Assembly: GCF_006345805.1 (NCBI RefSeq)
Contig: NW_021833025.1
Coordinates: 1 to 64,000, forward strand
Length of the DNA stretch: 64,000 nucleotides
Source: Octopus sinensis
Taxonomy: Eukaryota
Direction: 5' to 3'
This document shows positions 50,689 through 62,205 of this stretch, piece by piece (position 1 is the stretch's first letter; each line of letters starts with the position of its first letter). The notes beneath the pieces are model-generated. The model did not search any database and was not told where the DNA came from. It was given only the letters and a program-made list of their open reading frames with translations. A program made the translations under genes and the position numbers.

Positions 50689-51648
50689 AATTTTTTAACT
50701 AAGTCCAGAGCCTTCGAAGTTAGCAGAGGGTGGCACTTAATTTTATGTAAACACTTATTCTGCAAAATAAATAATTTAAAAATTGTCTAAGAACAAAAAT
50801 GACAAATTTGCATCTCAATAATATATTACTTTTAGCAACTAGTAAGATAAAAGTAGATTTTTTTTAAATACTCAATTCACTTTTTGAAAATGTAAAATTT
50901 TTTGTCTGGCCCAAATAAAAATTTGTCATTCAATAAATAATTGGCACATTTTTAGTAATAATGCGATCATTTATTTTTAAAATTGTGGTTATTATTAAAT
51001 TTGTTCTGTTTTTATTGAACAGAATTTAATTGTTTGTTAATTTATAGTTTCCTGGTAACGAATTAGTACAAATGGGCAAAAAAATAAACTATTTTATTTT
51101 TTAATTTTGAGAAAACAAATTCGATCAAAAAATCAACTGAACTTGAACGTTTGACTCAAATAAGTATTACGTAACAAAATTAATTCTTAGAACTTCAAGA
51201 AGAAGCCGAACAAAGAAAATTAGACGAATATAACCGTCAAATTGAAATTGAACGAGAAAACAAAATCAAAGCTGTAATCTTTTCAATCTATAAAACAGAA
51301 AACAACTCAGTCAATATTTGAATCAAACCAACTCGATGAAATGCGTTCAATAATATACAACCAAAGCTAAATAGAAAAACTCAAAGAGTAAGAAACCTAC
51401 AAAGTTAACAAAATTCTCTAACTTAGTGGAATCGGTTTACTCGTTGTGACGGAAGTGTCGACCCATTGGATATAAAGGAAGTAAATACATTTATCTCGTT
51501 ATGGCTGGAACATGGGCCAGATGATATAAAAGAAATATTAGATACATGTTCAAAAGTGATTAATGTACATAAATCTATTCTAAGCTTTAGATGTTAAATG
51601 AAATCACATTTATTTTCAAATTTAAAGATTCGATTGATTATGAGACAC

Positions 51649-51740
51649 ATTATTATTATTAGACGCACTTTCGCGATGCCATGAGATTCGAACCCAGAAG
51701 CTTCGGAAAACTACCAAGTTCTTCGAGCTGTAGATCTCTT
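51649..51740 (-). other. Possible tRNA-derived SINE-like sequence
   Basis: Minus strand has the B-box GGTTCGAATC in a partial T-arm, a loose A-box upstream and an (AAT)4 tail. No full cloverleaf. Confidence 0.3.
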
Positions 51741-51954
51741 ATAAAAAACTCAAACTCTCTCCAGTTTTTAGTTTAAAATCATATAAAGTTTAAAACGTAA
51801 AATAAAATTTAAAATTAACTATTTTGTCCTTTTTTGATTCTTTTCATGTGAACTATCTTTGTATCTCCATTCTAAAATTCTACATTAACGCGGTTATTAG
51901 GTAAGATTGATTTGATCGTGGAAGTATCACCATAAGCACTTTCAAATTTTTTCA

Positions 51955-51987
51955 AACCCTAACCCTGACCTTTACCCTAACCCTGAC
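51955..51987 (-). repeat. Telomere-like hexamer tract
   Basis: Minus strand reads GTCAGG GTTAGG GTAAAG GTCAGG GTTAGG GTT. Confidence 0.5.
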
Positions 51988-53199
51988 AATAAACGGCATC
52001 CTTAATTCTTTCGATTAATTTTTTTATAAAACTAATCGGTATTTCGTTCCAAATATTTTCGATTTTTTCTTTCAATTCCGAAACATTCTTTGGATGAAAG
52101 GTGTTTAATTCCCTCTTCATATGAGCCCATATATGTTCGATCGGATTTAAATCCGGTGATTGAGGTGCCCATGGTAAAAGGTTTACTTTCTTTTCTTGAA
52201 AAAATCGCATAGTCATCTTGGAAGTATGACATGGTGCCATGTCTTGTTGGAAAATAAAGTCACTAAGCTCCATTTTTTTGCAGATTCCCATAAATGGTTA
52301 CATAGTGTGTTGATATAAAGTGCGGAATTCATATTCCCGTGTATAAAAGCAAGCGAGCCCATTCCGTAATAGGAAAAACAGCTCCAGACCATAACTTTCC
52401 CCCCACCAAATTTTACAGTAGGCGAAAGGTTGCTTTTTTGAAGGCCTGTGTTGTTTTTCCGATAACAATATTGCCGTTTTTTAATATTAAAAACTTCGAA
52501 ACTCCATTCGTCACTGAAAATTGTCCTCATCCATTTAGTGTTTGGCACAGTAATGAAATGCTTTGCCATGTTATAGCGTTTTTCACTATTTATTTTGTTC
52601 AATAATGGTTTTTTTCTACAGACACGAGCATATATTTGCTCCCTTCTTAAATAATTTGCGATGGATCTTTTACCGACTGTTCTTTCGATTATTTTACGGA
52701 GATCATTCCTTAAGCAATCAGCTTTTTTTTGGGGGTCCTCTTTAACCAGGTTGAGTAAAATAAGGATATCGTCCTTATTAAGAATTTTTGGTCTCCCCGA
52801 ACCTTTCATTCTTTCAGTCGTACCATATTTAATAAATTTTTGGATGAAGTCAGCGATAGTTGATCGCGGGATATTAAGCTCGTCAGATATTTTTTTAGTG
52901 GTCCAATTTAACGCATTCAAGCTTAGAATCTTTCCTTTTGTTATTACATCAAGCATTCGTAATTTTATCGAGGGTTAAAATTCTAAAAAAAGTAAAAAAT
53001 GTCACACTCATAAACGGTTTTTTATTGCGCTCGTGTAATTAAAATTTTTAATTTAGACATATAACACAATACAAAAAAAATATAACAAAATTGATTTAGG
53101 GTTAATTTAATGATCCCTTTCGATATCGACAAAGAAAAATCACGGTTATCTTTGCAAAATATGCCGTATTTAAAAAACCGGTTTTTTTTGCACCTAGTG
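51977..53199 (-). mobile_element. Tc1-family DD34E transposon, frameshifted, 3' end missing
   Basis: HTH (GSGRPK), FSDE, FQQDMAPCH and SPDLNPIEHIW motifs. Candidate 5' end TA|CACTAGGTGCAAAA at 53199. No matching right TIR seen. Confidence 0.9.
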
Positions 53200-53933
53200 T
53201 ATGTTTCTCTACAACTTTATTTTTTGGAACTTTTATCTTCTATTCTTATCTTTAAAAAAACAATTCAACTTTTTCCACCATTATTTTCATTACGTCACTA
53301 TGATGCGAAACAAATTTATATCGTCCATAAATAGGAGATGGTTAGTGGCATATTGGGGTTCCTCCTTGCCTAAGTTTCCCATCATTACTTTCGGTAATTT
53401 TTCTTGAATATTTAGCTCAGAGTGTCTATTAACAACACGAATTTTAAAAATCTTTATCATAATTATTACAGAATTATAGATTTAGGTATACATAAATTTT
53501 CTTTCTTAGGTGAATATATGGTATTTGAAGTCGAAAGCGTGAGGTATAAAATCAAATATATCCAGTTTTGCACATCTGTGGATTATTGGAAATTTCATCC
53601 ATTTTAATGAGTCAGACAAATAATATTACATAATATTATTGATTAAATTATATTTAGAATTTACATGTTTAATATGTAATGATTACTTGATCAAATAATC
53701 TTATTTGAATAATATTTAGATCTCGTCACAAAAATAAACAACCAAAATAACTGAACAAGGTTTATTTGTCAATTGGTGATTACTTACTCCCTGAATCCAA
53801 CATAAATATATAATCTTACTCTTTATTTCGATTATATTGATTACACTTGTCGTATCTTGTTAATTTATATTTAATATTTTGCCGTTAATAAATTAACTTG
53901 CATTTTATGTGTCAGCTGAATTTTTTTTAAATA

Positions 53934-54979
53934 ATGGACTTTAGAAGTGCATTTATTAATCTTAGCCGCTTTGTACTTACTCCTTGCTTGCAAGATCATA
54001 GTTGGAAGCTGAACATGATATTGTCTCTGACTGAAGAATTAAATGGGCTTCAAAGCTTTTTAGAAATTATTAATAATCCTGATTCTTCTTCAAAATGTGT
54101 ATCAGTCAGAAGAAAGTTTTTTTAATGCTTACAATTTAAGTGGAAATCATTTGTATCACTTGATGTCGTGCAATCTATTTCGCTGGCCAAAAATTTCTGA
54201 TCACGAAGATATAATGTGTATTGAATCCTGTAAATATGGTTTTGAACGTAATGAAAGTTTGATATGTATTAATCCTTATCACTATATACCTGCAACAAGT
54301 ATTTTTTTGATTATGATTAATTTGTTTTAGCCTTGTCCATAGATTCAATACTATCTCATTGGGCAGAATATAATATATATAACCAGAATAATATATTACT
54401 TAAAGATATTAAAATTAAAGATGAAACGAGTATTATAAATAATTCGATATTACCTCATGGAAATGAATTGCTTTCTACGATCGGTAAACAAGAAAAAAAT
54501 CATTTTCATAGGAGATGGTGTAATCTTGAAGTATGCTAAGCCTTACGTAACCATCACAAACAAAACTAACAAAGAGATTTATTTATACAGTTTATATCTC
54601 AATAATGTCAATAAACAAATGCCAAATCGAATAGCTACCGTTTTGTCGGGTCCCACTTATCTGTTTACTTTATAGGGAACACCGTAAATGTCATTCAGGA
54701 AATAGATTTTGCTGAAAAATTAAAACAGTTTGTTCTAGAAAAAAACTATGAGGAAATAATGAATCTTAAGAAAATGGCAATCATAAATGTTTCTTTATCT
54801 GAAATATGGGATCAAAACAATCTGTCATACACATTTAATTTATTTTTAGTACAACGAGTCTTTTTAATTGCACGATTTGGTGTAAAATCACGTTATGTGT
54901 TCCTATGCAATGGATTGACAATGTTCTTAGAAGTTTTACGATTCCTTTAAATGAAACGTGCGACAGTCGGTCACTTTAA
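53934..54979 (+). CDS. Highly divergent SMAD (MH1 + MH2), R-SMAD-like
   Basis: MH1: SKCVSV..HLMSCNLFRWP..C..CINPYHY. MH2: FIGDGVIL..W.KITLCVPMQWIDNVL. Two apparent +1 shifts in 7-nt homopolymers. Confidence 0.8.
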
Positions 54980-55741
54980 TTATTATCTATGTTTATCGGG
55001 TTTAATAGATAAAAACTTAATTTCAAGTATAATAGAAATATCATAAAAGCTTTGCGTTACATTTAATTTCGTCTTAGTATGATTCTGAAATCACAATGTA
55101 AGGCAAAATTGCAGATCAATGTTCCAAAAAATTGCTTCAATTTGTTTAACTTAATTTTTATTGAAAAATAAGAAATCTATTTTATTCCGCACCAACGGTT
55201 GAAAGCTCGTGAATAGCAAACAGCTATGAAAATATAACCGCTAATAAATCCTACCAATCCCTATCTGCTTTGCTGAGATTTATTATGCCAGGATAAAGAC
55301 TGACTTTATAAAAACTTAGAAGTCTTTCCATTTGATGGAAACGCAATCATTCAATTGTCTGGACACAAAAATTTTTATTTAAATTTGAATATTCATCTCA
55401 CAAATTTCAAATTTTCGTCACTGGTCTTAAATATTTCGGGAATCAATAATCAATTCTTTACGATCACGTCAGCCTCTTGACCAGTAAAGAATCAGCTTTT
55501 TTAATTTATTAAATTAATTGATTAACATTCAGAAAATTCTTTACAATAAGTCAATCCTTTCGCAGGCGGCGTTATCGCCTGATTAACATAAATCATATTT
55601 TATCCAAATTCTTATAAAATTAAATTATAAATATATTTCTAATAGAGAATTAAGAAAATCTGATTAATAAGCTTTTTAACTGTAATCTTCTAATTATTGT
55701 ATTCAAATATAATCACAATAAATCGAAACATAATTTGAATT

Positions 55742-55884
55742 GGCTCCTGGAACGTCTGTCGATTGCTGTGATCCGAGGGAACGTCTTCGCCATTCGCGCG
55801 GCTGGTCGGGTGTCTCGTGAGGCCTTTAACTAACTTAGCTATCTGTAATTTTTGTCTTGTTTTATTTCTATAAAAAAAAAAAAA
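55742..55884 (+). mobile_element. CRE 3' stub with poly(A)
   Basis: WLLERLSIAVIRGN with an A-tail. 10-bp TSD AATTTGAATT at 55732-55741 and 55885-55894. Confidence 0.85.
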
Positions 55885-55945
55885 AATTTGAATTTGAGAA
55901 TAAATTTAACTTTATAATGATCAAAAAGTGTATATTAAATAATAA

Positions 55946-58126
55946 CTATTTTATACCACCTTGAATGTACTTCCACTTTTCGCCAATCAATTTAAAATAC
56001 TAATTTTCAAAATTAAGATACTACTTTTGGCTTATATTTAATTCCATTATCATCGCGATATTGTTTATCAGCTCGTTGCTTTTGCTCTAATATGTTTTTA
56101 TAACCAGTGGCTCCTAAGACATTCTGATTGTAGAGAGACATTGTTACGTCATACCACATTCTAAAAATTCAATTTTAAATATACCGACGAGATTCATTGG
56201 CTTGTTGCATTTTGACAGGTTGGACAATTTTCCTGATAGGATTTGAATTTTTAGCATCAAAAAAGACTGTTTCCTATTAAACCGTCTAATCGTACATATA
56301 CAACCAAATCATCTTCAAATTTTGCTACTGTCAGACAATTCCACATTCCTTTTATCAAACAAAACGGAGTTTCTTCTAATGGAGAAAAGATTTTAGCAGA
56401 AACCATATTTCTTGTATTTTTATATGTTGGCTAAAAAATTTAAACATGTGAATAAAACTTTCTCATGAAACTCAACCAAAGCCACAAATCCTGAGGATGA
56501 AGAAATTCTAACTTTTCCGCATAGTTCGTACCACGGAACGGTAAAAATTGAACTAAACATGATTTAAACGTATTTTATTCCAACCGAGCATATCCTGAAG
56601 GAAAAGAGAGAGTATATGTCTCATCTCGATTCTCCAATCTAATAACAGCTGAGCCCACCATATGAACAGCTACAGAAAGTCCCAAATACTTTGAATTTGT
56701 CCATATTTGTCCTTCAATAGAAGTTTTTTGTTTAACATTTTCCAAGTAGAATGCACTCACTACCCGGCATAAAATATCTGTAACTATACCTGGAGGGCGG
56801 TGAGAGACTTGTTCTGCAAGAAAAGCGACATGGCCTTCTTTTGCCCATGGAACCGGTCCATTTTTGACAACTGCAGAATTATCATCATCAAGGTCCCAAT
56901 AACAACGAAAAATCTCTCCAAGAATAGGGTTGTACGGTTTTTTAGCAATTTCAGGATTTCGCCCGTAATGAAAACAAGAAATGTAAGCTCTGACCACCTC
57001 GACCATACGAGTACGAGGATCATCATGGTTTGTTATACTCAAATATACACCAAATATTAATTCTACTTGGAAAATATATCACAATGAGAAAAAAAATCTG
57101 CAATCATTTCCAACAACGACCTTCTCTCTAGAATATATGTTGGAAGGGTTATTCGAGTCAAATCCATTCCAATTTGAACTTGCTTGATTAGATGTTTGAA
57201 CAAACTCTCCTTTGGACTATTTATTAGCCCAACTACTGTCAAAAAAGCATTTATACTTTTTAAGTCAGGGCTAAATAATACGTCTTCATCAACATCAGTT
57301 TTTTCACCTCTTTAAAATAAATCTGATAAATTACTTGCAGTCAAAAAATTCCAATTCTGAACTTTTAGAATCTGATACTTCAGACTTTTGAAGATTTGTA
57401 AATAAATCCTATAAACTAAAATCAATTTGAGTACAATGTCACTCTCCACCTTGATCAAATTCACGTTGAGACCCATGAGAATACTCTAAATTTTATGATT
57501 AAATAAAAACCTCGAAAGAGCTAATAATATTGCTAGATTGCTGCTCATCTCCAAGGCATTTTTTTAATTCCTAATTAAATGATGACAAAATGAATTAAAA
57601 ACATTGATATGGGCATTCAAAGTGCCAATAAACGATCTCCCGTCTATAATTGAGTTCATAATTCTTTTATAAGTCTCGGAATAAGAATTTAGAGGGACTT
57701 TTGCAAGTACCTAAAAAATCCAAATCCAAATCAACAGATTGAGAATATTCGTCCTGCTTCAATACCTTTTCAATTTCTTTAATCCAATTATTCCTTTCCA
57801 TGCTATTTTTTGCTGGGCGTTATAATTCAAGGACACGAAAACCTTGAAAGTGAAATGATTTCGTATCTGAGGTGCTGATCAATGAGAATTTGCTGTCGTC
57901 ATTTTCATCAATGTTAAGAATTGTTTTCTTTCAATGATTTTAATATTAAAACTTTTAATTTAATTCGCCCCCGCGAATTTTTTTTAAGGATTTTGTCTTT
58001 TGACTAAAGATAAGAAGGATTTAGAACAGTATAGTAAATAAGCTCCTTGTTAGCAATGTCGAGAACAAAGTAGCGATACTGCCAGCCATGAATAACATTA
58101 ATCCATTTGCTGAGATGACCTTCCAT
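55946..58126 (-). CDS. OSBPL9: Oxysterol-binding protein-related protein, ORP9-like (PH + ORD)
   Basis: [25 protein letters not shown] start, [28 protein letters not shown] and ESRRMW..EQKQR. Many micro-introns. The orthologue call within ORP9/10/11 is by eye. Confidence 0.85.
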
Positions 58127-58294
58127 TACTAAAAGATGTATAGTGATTATTAAGATTATAGTGATAACATAATATAGTTATCAAGTTAAGAGCTACCTGA
58201 ATTAAGTTTAAACTATTTAATTATTTATTTATAAAATAATCATATGAAATAATTGTTTTAATTTCAATATTATTTTTCTCTTTGATTTTCGAAC

Positions 58295-58350
58295 GTCGGA
58301 GTCGACCGCGATGACAGCAAACGGCCAGACGGAGTAATGGTCTTCCTTTC
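58295..58350 (+). mobile_element. CRE RLE micro-fragment
   Basis: VGVDRDDSKRPDGVMVF matches VGL.R.DGKRPDG.T.FP. Confidence 0.5.
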
Positions 58351-58809
58351 AGTCCTTTCAGCTGGAACTCTGAAATAATTATTTTTATGCATCGTTTAAT
58401 TCTTAAAAAAAATTATTTTAAAACTCTCAAGAGTTTTATTATTTTCTGACCTACAAAAGATTTGGAACAAAGATAAAAATATAATTCAGATAAAATTGAT
58501 ATGCTTTTGCTGCAATAGCTTTAAACGTGTAAATTCACAGTAAGAAAACTTTTTGTCGTGAAATTAAAGCTATTTAAAGTTAGAACTTCTATTTAGAAAA
58601 CAATTTTTCCTCTAATTTTAGTATCAACGCCCTGTCTGGATAAAATGAAACGGACTATCAAAGTTAACTAATTATTTTTATATGTTGGCTAAAAAATTTA
58701 AACATGTGAATAACTAATTGTTTGCAAAACAAGTAATTAATGTAAGCTTAAACTTATATAATAAATGCGGCTAAATCGTGAAGAAATCAAATATTTTTAT
58801 TATTAAACA

Positions 58810-59688
58810 TCAAAATACATTACAACATCTGTTAGCTTTTTTGGCCTAGTTAAATAAAATTGGATAGGCATGAAACCGTAGTGTAGAAAGCACGAGCTTG
58901 AAAAGTAAGTTGTTCCGACTTTTCGACCAAATCGTCAAGCTTCTCACCCCGTTCAAGAAGCGATTTTATTGTATTTTTCTAGAATATACTTATTATGAAA
59001 ACAATAATGATTTTGGTTTCGTCCAGGTCGTTCTGTGCCTTCGTCAATACATCGGCTTCTTTCGGATCTTGATATTTAATTAAATACTGTTGCAAAGGTT
59101 CGAAAGCAATTGACCTGAAAAATAAACTATTATCGAAATTTACCAATCTTCCGGAGAATTCCAACTAACGCCTTTGAATGTAGAAGAAAACTCGTCAAGA
59201 ACCTATCAAGATTATTAGCTCTGCTGCAGAATCAAAATTTCTTATTTAACAAGAAATTTCGATTTTTGCAAAAAATTAAAGTTTAATAGTATCTAATCTT
59301 AATTAGAATATTCAGGTTACTAAGATATATAGTTTACCTTAGTTATGAAAGAATGGGCGATTTTATTGGGATATTCGAGATCAGTGATGGTTACAGCAGA
59401 AAGGCCATCTCCGCGGACAAAAACATGACAATTATATTCTAATCATACGTTTCATTATAGGACCTTCTTCCTTAATTGTTTGACGAGTAGAAAATGGAGT
59501 TCTCAATGTGATCTGGCGAGATGCAAAACTAATAAACTGACGAACTCTAAGAAGGAATAATGTGACATGAGTTAATACGAAGATCTAATGAAGTATCCGA
59601 AAGAGTCGAGATTACTTGTTTGAGATAGACAATCGATTTTTGCATTCTCAGTATGTTTGAATAAAATTGATATGGATATCACCTTCAT
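58810..59688 (-). CDS. YKT6: R-SNARE Ykt6
   Basis: Longin domain (CHVFVRGDGLS..EYP), YQDPKEAD..LDETK..LLERGEKLDDLVEKSE and C-terminal CCNVF prenylation motif. Confidence 0.95.
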
Positions 59689-60399
59689 CTAATTCTTTAC
59701 ATTATTGCAGAAGCATTAATATACCACACAACAATCAACGTCGTAATCAAAAGTTAATATGATAACTAATTAATTTTTAACAACAAATATAAATTAATTA
59801 ATCCGTTTTGAAATCTTTTTTGGAAAATGTTTAAGAGTTTTGTTTCAAAATTTTGCGAATACGGAAATCCGGAAGGAACTTTCCTGTTCAAACCAGAAAA
59901 GTCCAAAAAAAATTGCTGAAAAAAATCTTAGATGGGATTAATTTATCATTGATATTATCTATACAGGACAGTGCGCATATTCTAGCTTTACCAACAAGAT
60001 TAGATTTAAAAGTAACTGAAATGAGTCAATGAAGAGAAAATTCGCAAAAATTAAACTTCAGCTTGAGCAGGTTCAAACTGATAGTAAATGATAATGATGC
60101 AGAAAAAATTCACTAACAATTTTTTACTTATATAGTTTCAAAAAATCAAAAAAGAAGAGTTCAAGAGGATTGTTTCTTTACTGCAAAATAAAATCAAGAT
60201 TGTTGAAAAAATTGGGAATTTATAAGTAAGGGAAGTGATTCCAAAAAAAGAATTGATGTTATGAACTAAATAAAAGATGATTCTTAAGTAAAAATAATTT
60301 CAATCAAGAGAAATGCCTTTTGTTTTGGACCAAATTTTCGAGTGAATATGAACGGAAGAAAATCAATTTTTAGTTAAGATAGAAGTCCCAGTTCTGAGA

Positions 60400-60780
60400 A
60401 TACTTATGCTGAGTTACGGGACTGCTATGTGTTTAGATACAAGAGATAATAAAAGATGAATATACTCTCTATAATTGATTTACACCGAAATACGTATCTT
60501 ATACAAAAGCTGTACAAACTAATGACAAAGTGTGTGAATAACAAACTATCCGAAAATATTGAAAGATGTAGTCTGGTCAGTGAAAATCAACTTGACACAC
60601 AAAGAATGTGGCAGGTAAGCGACAAACGGGTAATCGTCAATCAGTGAATTAACCAGGAAAATGGGAATATGTTATTTTCTTTGTGGATGTATGCGAGGAA
60701 AGCATTTAAATTGGTTGAGCACAAATTCTTAATTCATATTTTGCAAAACTCTGGCCTCTCTGTTAGATGTTAGTGTTTAT
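60400..60780 (+). mobile_element. R4-like RT remnant
   Basis: LYKLMTKCV..SENQL matches the 34 kb RT. Confidence 0.55.
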
Positions 60781-60864
60781 CCAGAAACCTACTATCAAAT
60801 GGAAATCAGTATATTTTTATTTAACAGAACATTGGGAGAAATTAAAATCAATATAGATATACTA

Positions 60865-61783
60865 TACCTTTCCAAGTTCAATATAGGAATTTCCAAATTC
60901 AATATGGGATTTCCAAGTTCAAAGTGGGATTTTCCAAATTCAATATGGGATTTCCAGGTTAATTTTAAAATATTTGAAAAAAAATCATGACTCATTTATA
61001 TCAAACGAAAAAATTAAAATGTTACGTCCTTGTAATTTAATAAAGAAGGCAATAGTCCTTGGATTCTGGCTATTAACTTAGCACAAATCTTTGGAGTAAC
61101 TTCGTCCATAGATTGTTTAATTAAATCCTCCAATCTCTGTTTCCGAAATTCTGTTTTTGACATGTCAAGTTCATTTCCATCTAAGGTTCATAAGGTTCAT
61201 AACCAAGCAGCTTTTCACAAAATCTTTTGCGCTTCTCTTTGTTCTCCATTGAGTTGCTTTTTTCAGGTTCGAATCTTATGTTTTTTATGGTATACATAAG
61301 CGAATCAAGATGCAGGCGAACGCACTCACCTGACACTTTTATTCCGTACTTATCTTGGATCTCTGCAGCCAATTGTTTGCAAGCAATTTTCGGATTTGAC
61401 TCGACCATTTCTTGCATATAATCTCGTACGGTATTTGAAATTTTTGAATATCGAAAACCACCTCTTAAATCATCCTTAAAGCCTTCTTTTATCCACCTGT
61501 ATGCAGCTGTTCTTTTTATTCCGAGAGAACATGCAACTTGATTCCAATCCCCATCATTTTCGTAAACGGTCAACAAATTTTTTCTTTTTTCAGCTAATTC
61601 TTTCTTTTTATTAACGTACATTTTGTAATGTAAGGCGATTTTAAAATAATAAATGAATTAATTCAATAACCGACTTGAAAATCCTTGAACTTGGAAATCC
61701 CATATTGAATTTGGAAAATCCCACTTTGAACTTGGAAATCCCATATTGAATTTGGAAAATCCCACTTTGAACATGGAAAGGTA
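60865..61783 (-). mobile_element. IS630/Tc1-superfamily element, catalytic domain deleted, TIRs built from subrepeats
   Basis: TA-flanked ~100-bp inverted ends starting TACCTTTCCA. The HTH-type ORF (61181-61621) is joined directly to a transposase-like C-terminus. Confidence 0.85.
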
Positions 61784-62205
61784 TAGAACGCCAGAAGGAC
61801 GTTCAAGTGCAATTCAACAAGTACCAGCCTTTAGCTGTTCAAGCCCATATGCAGAACATAGCCACCCGCTCCAACAGTTGCATTCGAACAACCCATGAAA
61901 CACAATACCGCTTGGTCAAAAATACAAAGCCATCTGCAATAGGCCCAATAAGAACAACCAGCGCCAACTCCTACTGTAAGAAACAACTGTCCATCTCGTA
62001 TACTAGTTCAGGCTTATTTTATTAACTACCCGTAGTTTACACACGTTCAAACTTTCCACAGATAAACTATAGAAAAAGAGTAATTATCATTTCCCATATA
62101 TAAAATCAATATATTTTCTAGACAATGTAATATTAATTAATTTATGCAAAAAAAATATACAACATATGGGAAAAAGTATAAATAGAAATTTAACAGCATT
62201 AAAAA

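Noticed and set aside
49380-50704. Alternative TSD TTAACTAAGT for the RTE insertion
   Set aside because: It would leave nine unexplained bases at the left junction. AATTTTTT(T)AACT explains both junction microhomologies, though the alternative is not fully excluded.
51050-51420. E/K/R-rich coiled-coil-like stretch
   Set aside because: It is interrupted by stops and low in complexity, with no family assignment.
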